Below are positions 54,219-64,000 of a DNA stretch of 64,000 nt, in pieces. The stretch is from the human T2T-CHM13v2.0 reference genome, Homo sapiens. The first letter of the stretch is position 1, and every line of letters begins with the position of its first letter. The stretch lies in NCBI RefSeq assembly GCF_009914755.1, contig NC_060946.1. The stretch is one strand, 5' to 3'. Below the pieces are notes generated by a model. The model saw only the letters and a list, made by a program, of their open reading frames with translations, had not been told where the DNA came from and searched no databases. Position numbers and translations under genes: made by a program.

Positions 54219-55479
54219 CTGAAATACAGAAGAGTTAAAGCAACTGTCAGTGCTTTACAACGCAGTACAAAGAGGCAGCCTTCCTGGGCCTGTGATAAAG
54301 CACAGGAGATGAGGAAGCATGGGATTCTGTGTCCCAATCCCAGCTCCACTTGGCTGTGGGACTTAGGGCAAGTTACTTAACCTCAGTAACTTGATTTCCT
54401 TCTCCAAAATAATGGCACCACCACTCAAAGTTGGCACCATGAACTTAAAAAGGTGGCTTCGAGGATTAGCAGGAAAGCATGCAAAGCACTAGCCGATTAC
54501 CCAGAACACGGTCAGTATGAGACGGCTGCTTTCATGACACTGACCTGCTCTCATCCTTTCAAAAACACTACGCAGGTCCCCCCTGACTATCCTATTCAGA
54601 ACCGCAGCGTACTTGCCCCACCTCCCTCTATTTCTGCTCCCTGCTTTCTCTCTGTAGTATTTAGCACCATGTAACAGACACTGACAATGCACTTGACTCC
54701 TCCTCACTAGACTAGAAACTCCATGAAGACAGGGATTTCTCTTTTGTTCACGATTACATCTCCAGCCCCCTGAATAATGTCTGACAATGTATACTTACTG
54801 AGAGAACAAATGCTGCCTTTGTTCTAAACAGCCCCAACAGCTTCTACTGCCAATGGCAAAGTGGCTCGGCCCTATCCCAATCCTCCTTCCACCTCTACCC
54901 CAAGAATCTATCTGCTCAGTCTTCCATGGCTAGAACAGACAGCAGGAACCTCAAGTTACAGTGGTAAATGCCAATACCCAAGTTCTGAAGAAAAAACAGG
55001 AAAGTAACAGAATAAAAAGTGATCTGGGACCTTTAACCCTGGAAGCAGTCCACTGGGAGAAATTAATCCAGGGTTCATTTAAAATTGATATTGCATATTT
55101 ATAGAAACCCTTGGGCCTTGGGCCTTGAATGACTGTTATTTTAGCTACCATACTAGCTTCTGGATTTGGTCATTTTCTAAACACACACATTGTTAAAATT
55201 CTAATTATGTACTTAAAAGTGAGTAGAGTTAGGAAATTCTCAAGTCCTTTCAAGTCAGATCTTTGAGGTGTTGTTTCTGGATATGAAGAAGAGATGTACA
55301 GACCATCCCACTGTAAAGGGAAGGAAAACAACCTCCATGACATGTGTAGCAAGAAAAATGTGCCACAGGCAAAGCTGTCAGTGCACTTTGCAATAAATTA
55401 ATAATCTGATTATTTTAAATGCCAGAACTGACTTGTCCTGATTCTTGATTGCAGCTCTGTCAAATGATAATTGAGTTCT

Positions 55480-55660
55480 TAGGGTCTGGAGTAAAAACGC
55501 CAGAGCTCAAGCCCCAGCCCTGCCACCTCCTAGCTATGTGACCCTGGCCATGCTAACTTCACTGCACCTCAATTTTCTCTTCTGTAAAGTGAACATAGCA
55601 ATAGTGGCTACCTTATAGGCTACCGGAGATTAAATGAGAAGATGCTGCATACATAATTTC
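55480..55660 (+). mobile_element. MIR remnant
   Basis: ctagctatgtgaccctgg...cctcaattttctcttctgtaaagtg...gattaaatgaga. Confidence 0.65.
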
Positions 55661-56271
55661 TTAGTGATGTTAGTTATACTGACTTACATGACATCAAAGT
55701 GTCTCTCAACACCTATTTAAATGCTGTTTCCAATTTAAGGCACTTTATAAGCTGAAGAACCAAAGTTTTAGGGTCAAATGTGGTTTAAATCTCAGCATAG
55801 TACTTACTAGCTGACAGACCTTGAGTACGTGACTTCACCTTTCTGAGCCTGTTTCTGCTTCTCAAACATGGGGGGAAAACACCTCATGGCTTCTTGTGAG
55901 GACTAAGTTAGGTAAAAGGAGGCAACTCTTAAAGGTTGGCTTCTTCTCAGGGCCTTACTAGGCAACTGAAAACGGAAATGCACTTAAAAGCAGCAAGCAC
56001 CACGTGGCCTTGTCACATAGCAGGCAATCGCCTAATGGTAGTTAGCAAGCATGTATTTCCCTTCTCTTTAGAAACCGGCAGTCTGTGTTGCACTTAAAGA
56101 AATAACTGAATAGAAATCAAGGTTTTACATTAAACTGGGATTCAAAACATTTGCTCAGAGGCCCCATGGAGAAGCGATGTCCTTGTAGACAGTGAGTGGA
56201 CACAGTGCTTCCAAGCATAAGATGTTTTCCTTTCCTGGGCCCAGGACCCCAGCCCCATCCTGCCCAGGCAC

Positions 56272-56529
56272 CTTGGTGTACTGTTCCACTAGCTTCGTGA
56301 AGTAGTTGAAGAGGCTGTGCTGTGGGCGGAGAAAGTCAAACTGGTAGTTGCGCTGCTCTTTCTGCATCAGCTGGGTCAGAAACTGGCGCCCATTCCTGGC
56401 CACAAACTGAGCCGTCAGCTTCACCACATCCAAGTCGAAGGCTGAGATAGAGGGAGGATCAGCAATGAACTCAAACTCAGGAGGAGGCTCTTTGGGCACG
56501 ATGGTCTCTTGGATTACTTGGGCTTGGAC
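56272..56529 (-). CDS. SF3A1: SF3A1 exon 4 (SURP2 domain)
   Basis: VQAQVIQETIVPKEPP...KLTAQFVARNGRQF...NYQFDFLRPQHSLFNYFTKLVEQYTK; 258 nt. Confidence 0.97.
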
Positions 56530-57650
56530 CTAAGATGCAAAGGGAGTATGAGGCGAGAGGCACAGGGGTGAACAGGCTCCAGGGGAGGGGAGGGGAGGGG
56601 ACATGGGCATGCACCCCTCAGCAGGATGCTGTGAACCTCTAGACTTCTGTTAATTATGCACACACCACTAGCACTTGGTGTGAGAGAATTCTAAATCACA
56701 AGAGCATTGACTTCCCAGCCAACTATGGCCTCAACTTCCTGAATGGCTGAGTGAGAACCATTCCCCTCTGTATCTCTGCTCCTGCCTTGAAATTGAGGGC
56801 CAAAACTGGGTGACAGAAGATCCAACAAGAATAGGACTTATTAAATCCCATCCAAGAGGGATGGATGTGCAGAAGGCCTACATGTGTGCAGAAAACCCCA
56901 CTGTACAAAGTGTTTCCATGACCTCCGCATGAACGATGAGGTAGCACAGGTACTGTGAATCCTCTTTACAGATGAAGAAACTGAGGTAGCCTGAGGTCCT
57001 AGGCCTCATTGCAACGCAAGGTCTTAGAACCTGACTTCAACCTTTATAGCCCACTGCAAAAGGAGGGACTGCCTTTTCCACCATGGTTCAGGAGTGCAGA
57101 AGGCAGGTCTGGACAGGAGGAAAAACATGTCAGCCTCTCTCTTCATTCATAATCCTAATAGTCCCTAGTGCTGGGCCTCAGCACAGGGAAGGTGGTATCA
57201 GGGGAGGCCAGGATGGAGGGGTCCTGGGAAGAAGAGACAGAAGGGAAGGGATGGCACAAGGAGGAGCCCACAGGCCACACTGCATCCTTCAGCACAGCCA
57301 AGTAGGAAGTGCTGCCCTCACATCACGGCACTGCCCTCACACCCTGAGCAAGGCCTTGAATAAATCACACGTCCCCCAACTCTCAGGTTCCTCATACAGC
57401 CTCTGTGAGGAGTCAATGAGACAAGACTCCTGAAGTACCAAGCACAGAGCTTGACAAGCAGTGCTCGGGAAATGCCAACTAACATCAGTACTTTGCTGTC
57501 TGGGCCTCGGTCTGCCTCTGAGAGATGGGGATAACGACCTCACTTCTCTCCCTGGGTGGTTGTGAGATTTGGAGTTAATTGTGTACTCCCTCCCTATCCC
57601 TGTTTCCCTCTCAAGCCCTGCGTAAGTGAAGGGGGCACTGGGCTCCAAAC

Positions 57651-57858
57651 CTTCTGGGGCAGCTGCTGCTGGGTGGTCTGCTGCTGCTGCTGCATGACCT
57701 TGGGGATGGCGGCGGACGGCTCCTGAGCCTTCCCTTCCTTGAACTCGCTGACCTTGTGGCGGTAGTAGGCATGGTAAGGGTCATTGGGGTTCAGAAAGTT
57801 GAACTTGGGGTTGTTGATCTCGTTCTGTCGGATCCTAGCTTCAAATTCAGGCCCGTTT
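57651..57858 (-). CDS. SF3A1: SF3A1 exon 3 (second half of SURP1); exons 1-2 lie beyond the window end
   Basis: (R)NGPEFEARIRQNEINNPKFNFLNPNDPYHAYYRHKV...QQQLPQK; |gtttgg; 208 nt. Confidence 0.97.
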
Positions 57859-58434
57859 CTGGAGGAAGAAAAAACAACAAGAATAAACACCACTCCCTTG
57901 TGCCTGCTGTGATCTAGAACACTGCCCATTGGAACGTCCTTCTTGCCACCACCCACTGCTCAAACCAGCCCAGCCCTCAGCAGACGTCCTCCTCTAGCTT
58001 CCTGGCATTGGCGATCAGTGCCATCTGCCTCATTCAGCTTGAACCAGGCCACCTCTGCCACAGGGTTTCCCTGAACCCAGTCATTCCTTAGCTCCTTTTC
58101 CAGTTCTGCCATTTCCAAAACCATCTAGGCTATCGCTCATTTCTTTTAATAAAATTTACTTTAAAAAAAATCTATTTAAGATGGAGAATACATATTACTA
58201 CTTCAAATAAAAAAAAATCAGTATGCCTTTACCAACAAAAGGTAGTCAAAAGTGAACATAATGAAAACAAAGTAATACTGTCAAAGTTTAGCTGGAAGTT
58301 TGCTGAGACTAATTCTCTTAGTTCAAAGGGGTAGCAAGTGCTGGAGAGGTGTAAAAGGTACATGAGCACCAAACCTAGACTTTGTCCTCTGAGTAACAAG
58401 AAAGACTGAAAGACATGAAAATTTAGTTGATTTG

Positions 58435-58664
58435 AGCCTGGGCAACAAGAAAAGACCCTAACTCTACAAAAAAATATAAAAATAAATTAACTGGGCATGG
58501 TGGTGTGTGCCTCTAGTCCCAGCTACTCAGGAGGCTGAGGTGGGAGGATCACTTGTGCCCAGGAGTCTGAGGCTGCAGTGGGCTAGAATCGTGTCACCGT
58601 ATTCCAGCCTGGAAAACAGAGCAAGACCCTGTCTTTAAGAAACAAACAAACAAACAAAAAACAA
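58435..58664 (+). mobile_element. Alu (AluJ-like), 5'-truncated
   Basis: End of left arm, right arm, (AAAC)n tail. Confidence 0.88.
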
Positions 58665-59172
58665 ATAGTTGGTTTAACGCCTTGTCCAAGTACTCCCTAA
58701 AACCACCCCCATTATACTGGTGAGGCCCACACAGGAAACATCCTCAGCAAAAACCCAGACTCGTACAGCTGTATAAGGCACCTTCAGATGACAGGGGTGT
58801 GGTAAGATCAGCAGGGAGGTCTCCAACCACTGTCTGTACCTGGGATGGTTCCCCAGATATGCCCCATGTCCCCAGCAAGCCTTCAAAACCTCAGGATAAT
58901 GAAAAAATGTCCCTATAATGATGTTTAGGGAACCCTGATTTTTAAAATGTCCCAACAGTAATATTCAAAGTGCCACACTTATATACAACACCTGTGTCAG
59001 TCAGAAAGTACACGGACCTTAAAGACACAAGATATGAACACGTTCAAGTCTCAGGTTCACTGCTGACTCACTCTGACCCACAGCAAGTTACCAAACTACT
59101 CTTTGCTTCCATTTCCCCATGTGTAAAATGCAGCTAACACCAGTTTCCCTTTCTACCTTGAAACATTATTGA

Positions 59173-59474
<302 letters not shown>

Positions 59475-59698
59475 CTCAAAGTCTTTTCAAATCGTACAGT
59501 GGCCTGCAAATGCAAGGGGCTAGGAGGGGTTGTTCCATAAACATTGTCTGTGGGGCCTTCCATTGCTCCTCTGGCGAGAACCTTGTACTTAGAACTGCCC
59601 CAAACACACCAAGGCATGGCCCCGGCATCTGGTGCCAGCTAGCCAGCTCCACTCTTCAGACTTTCATATCCCTGGCCTGTGAGTTTAAGAGGGGGTGG

Positions 59699-59802
59699 GA
59701 GCCCGGCACAGTGGCGCACACTTGTAGTCCCAGCTACTCAGGAGGCTGAGGCGAGAGGATCACTTGAGCCCAGAAGATCATACCCAAGCCTGGGCAACAA
59801 AA
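59699..59802 (+). mobile_element. Alu monomer fragment
   Basis: gcccggcacagtggcgcacacttgtagtcccagctactc. Confidence 0.8.
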
Positions 59803-60568
59803 TGAAATTTCACCTCTGAAAACAAAAATTTTTTAAATTTTTTTTAAGACAGATGGCAGGAGACAGGGTACAGGCAGTGCTGTGCCCCAGATCAACCACC
59901 ACAGCAATTATGTGCCACACTAGTGATCGACACCCAGGCTGGCTCCTCAGCAAGTCGTGGTCATACCCTGCCGTGTAACTAACACCATGAGGTCTCAATT
60001 TGACAGTATATTAGTCTAACTGGAACCTCATGCTTTGGAAAAAAAATTCTCCCTACTCCTTAAATAATGCAAACCACACATAAGAATGAAGGTGAATGCA
60101 CACTTAAATCCTGCTAAACTAGGCCACTATACCCAGCAAATGCCTCGGGCAGACAAAGGGCTCCTGGAAAAAGGGGCCCTGGTTGTCTCCTGTACCACTG
60201 CCTAAGCCATAACTTTACCCCATCTGGGAACAATCTGAAAAATAAAACAATGAGAAGGCTTGGCATGTTCATTCCAAGCTATTCAGTTGCTTTAAATTAG
60301 CTTAACGTTAATTTTAGAATCATACTCTCCACCAGAAGGAATAGATTTCAACAGAAAAAGACATGATTCTGACTCAACCCAGCTGGTGGGACTTTTTAAG
60401 GGTAATTTCCACTTCAGTTTCTTGACAGGAACATGCAGGAAATGAAAAGGCCTAACCTAGCGAAAAAACTTTTGGAAAACCGCTCAGTTGTGCATTTCTA
60501 CTGCATGCTCCATAAATATACGTGAACCCAGGAGAAGTGAAGCACAGAGTTCTGCATGCCTGCTTTAA

Positions 60569-61323
<755 letters not shown>

Positions 61324-61513
61324 TAGCAGCAGAGGATGGCACAAAATTATTGGAAAGCTACTTGGCAAAATGTTTAAGAAATCTTTTAAGGATGCTCTTT
61401 TAGCCAATAATGAGCCACACAGAATTTTCTTCTAAGGAAACGATCTAAAAGGGAAAGAAAATGCTCAGAGATTTCCCCACAGCTTAATTTGCCAAAATGA
61501 AATGTTGGGAACA

Positions 61514-61827
61514 GGCCAGGTGCGGTGGTCACTGCCTGTAATCCCAGCCACCTTGTGGTGGCTGAGACATGAGGATCACTTGAGGCCAGGAGTTCAAGAC
61601 CAACCTGAGCAACACAGAAAGACCCCATCTATACAAAAAAACTAAAAAAAATAAAAAAAATAAAAAAAAAATTAGCTGGGTGTGGTGGCAGGCACCTGTA
61701 GTCCTAGCTACTCAGGAAGCTGAGGTGGGAGGATAACTTGAGCCCAGGAGTTCGAGGCTGCAGTGAGCTGTTATCATGCCACTGCACTCCTGCCTGCGTG
61801 TCAGAACGAGACTCTGTCTCTAAAAAA
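61514..61827 (+). mobile_element. Alu (AluJ-like)
   Basis: TSD gaaatgttggRaac. Confidence 0.92.
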
Positions 61828-62358
61828 GAAATGTTGGAAACCTCCTCCTCTAAGGAAAATACAGAAATGGTGGCCAAGTCAAGGAAAGCCTTTCACCTCT
61901 ACATGGTGCATCCCCTTAATAAAGGACCACAGGGCATTATGAAGACCATGGAGCAAAATGGAAAAATGCTTACAACACAGAGTGGAATATCTTTACTAGT
62001 ATTACAAGGATCTAAAAAAAGGATTCCAAGGACAGAAGGAAACAGAAAAATGTGAAAACAGCTGGTAGACACTACTCTGGTAATGAGAATATGGTGATTC
62101 TTCACCCAACTCCCCTTTTCTGTATATTCTGTTTTTAAAGTATCAGGGGAAAAGGGGAGGCATGAACACTGCTAAGAGCCATTAAACATTTATCTTAAAC
62201 ACAACACTGTCTAAATCTGACATGACCCAATCAACATCATCACAATGTTCAATCAAGCACAGAGAAGCTTTCAACCTAATACTCAAAGGTAATCAAAGCC
62301 CTTGAAATGTAATGAGATGAATCTGCAGAGCTGACATAGTGAAAGTCTAACCAAAGTA

Positions 62359-62660
<302 letters not shown>

Positions 62661-62847
62661 CTAACCAAAGTAATCTTTATGTCTAATTTTATTAGGTTGG
62701 GAAAGGAAGGACCATCCGTTAAATGATGCATACTGACTGAGACACTGCCTCAGGGGGGTGACGTGGTCCCTGGAGAACACATGCTGATTGGGCCTGCTTC
62801 CACACATGAAGGAACTGTCCAGAAATCCAGACTGATTGTGAAATCTC

Positions 62848-63136
62848 ATTTTTACTTGTTTTGTTTTTTTTGAGACAGGGTCTCACTGTCACCCAGGCTA
62901 GAGTCCATGGCTCACTATAGCTTCAACCTTCTGGGCCCAACCGATCCTCTTGCCTCAGCCTCCTAAGTAGCTGGGATCACAGGCCCATGCCACCACAGCC
63001 AGATAACTTTTTATTTTTTGTAGACAGGGTCTCACTATGTTGCCCAGGCTAGTCTCAAATTCCTGAGTTCAAGTGATCTTCCCACCTTGGGCTCCCAAAG
63101 TGCTAGGATTACAAGCAAGAGCCACAGCACCTGACC
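62848..63136 (-). mobile_element. Alu (AluJ-like)
   Basis: TSD ctcattttta. Confidence 0.9.
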
Positions 63137-63328
63137 TCCTCATTTTTAAATAGTAGCAACAAATTTGAGTTTCGAAAAAATTACTGTGAGGACAAACAAA
63201 ACATCTGTAGGCTGGACATGGACTGAGGGCTGCCAAAGGAATACCTTAAATACCCTAGAGAATGTACTGACCTTTGGAGTCAAGGGGCCAGTAAAAAAAT
63301 TCCATCTAAGGATGTGAGGGTAAGTACA

Positions 63329-63834
63329 GTGGGGAGAGACAGGGGGAACTCGGAGCAATTCCCATTCCATCTGAGGTGGCGGCTAGCACCTGCGTGGAAC
63401 TGTGGGGAGAGACAGGAGGAACCCGGAGCAATTCCCATTCCATCTGAGGTGGCGGCTAGCACCTGCATGGAACTGTAGGAAGAGAGAGGATCTCTGACCA
63501 ATGCCCATTCCATCTGAGAAGCCAGCTAGCACCTGCACAGGACTGTGGGGAGAGACAGGAGGAACTCGGAGCAATACCCATTCCATCTGAGGAGACGGCT
63601 AGCACCTGCATGGAACTGTGGGGAGAGAGAGGATCTCTGACCAATGCCCATTCCATCTGAGAAGCCAGCTAGCACCTGCACAGAACTGTGGGGAGAGACA
63701 GGAGGAACTCGGAACAATGCCCATTCTATCTGAGGTGGCGGCTAGCACCTGCATGGAACTGTGAGGAGAGACAGGAGGAACTCGGAGCAATGCCCATGCC
63801 ATCTGAGGAGGTGACTAGCACCCGCGTGGAACTG
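63329..63834. repeat. Minisatellite, ~7 units of 73/70 bp, in SF3A1 intron 2
   Basis: cccattccatctgag-like anchor at 63361, 63434, 63504, 63577, 63647, 63720, 63793 (spacings 73,70,73,70,73,73). Confidence 0.97.
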
Positions 63835-64000
63835 AACTGCATGCAGCCCCATGACCTCACTCCCGCCTCACAACAACTCTGAGATGGCATTTTTTCCATT
63901 TTGCAGATGGGTCATTTGAGGCTCTTGGAATGTGGTCTTTGTACAATGAGAATAATAAACTCCCCTTTTTATCTTCCTCAGGCCAGCAGCTCAGGCACAG

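Noticed and set aside
57662-57692. CAG run in SF3A1 exon 3 (QQQQQTTQQQ)
   Set aside because: Only 5+3 interrupted CAGs, part of the normal protein
63280-63882. Repetitive ORFs and a CRISPR-like look in the minisatellite
   Set aside because: Whole units repeat with no unique spacers and no cas genes; unit lengths are not multiples of 3, so the ORFs are repeat by-products

Overview
Mammalian, Alu-rich DNA that I recognise as human 22q12 from the gene content. Three protein-coding genes lie head-to-tail on the minus strand. (1) SF3A1 (U2 snRNP subunit SF3a120): coding exons 3-16 and a ~2.6 kb 3'UTR with two AATAAA signals; exons 1-2 lie beyond the window end. (2) TBC1D10A (EPI64, TBC Rab-GAP): complete, 9 coding exons that I joined by hand at GT-AG sites into 1527 nt = 508 aa ending in the PDZ ligand DTYL. 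(3) CASTOR1/GATSL3 (arginine sensor upstream of mTORC1): promoter and exons 1-2. The rest is intronic or intergenic: about 36 Alu copies or fragments, MIR/L2/L1 remnants, a MER30 split by an AluY, microsatellites, small tandem duplications and a 73/70-bp minisatellite. I see no new gene family or foreign insert. The most interesting unexplained structure: (a) the SF3A1 intron-2 minisatellite carries six strong sense-strand 3' splice-site motifs, and SF3A1 intron 7 has a CpG-rich cryptic acceptor that would introduce a stop, together suggesting decoy/poison splicing in a 3'-splice-site factor; (b) a ~101-bp inverted, templated copy has replaced part of an L1 remnant upstream of the TBC1D10A promoter; (c) a well-formed 159-nt exon with stops in all frames sits between TBC1D10A and CASTOR1; (d) TBC1D10A intron 1 has a strand-specific GGACAGAC array and a stop-free in-frame 99-nt candidate cassette exon. 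All functional readings are hypotheses. Repeat boundaries and subfamily calls are by eye and approximate.
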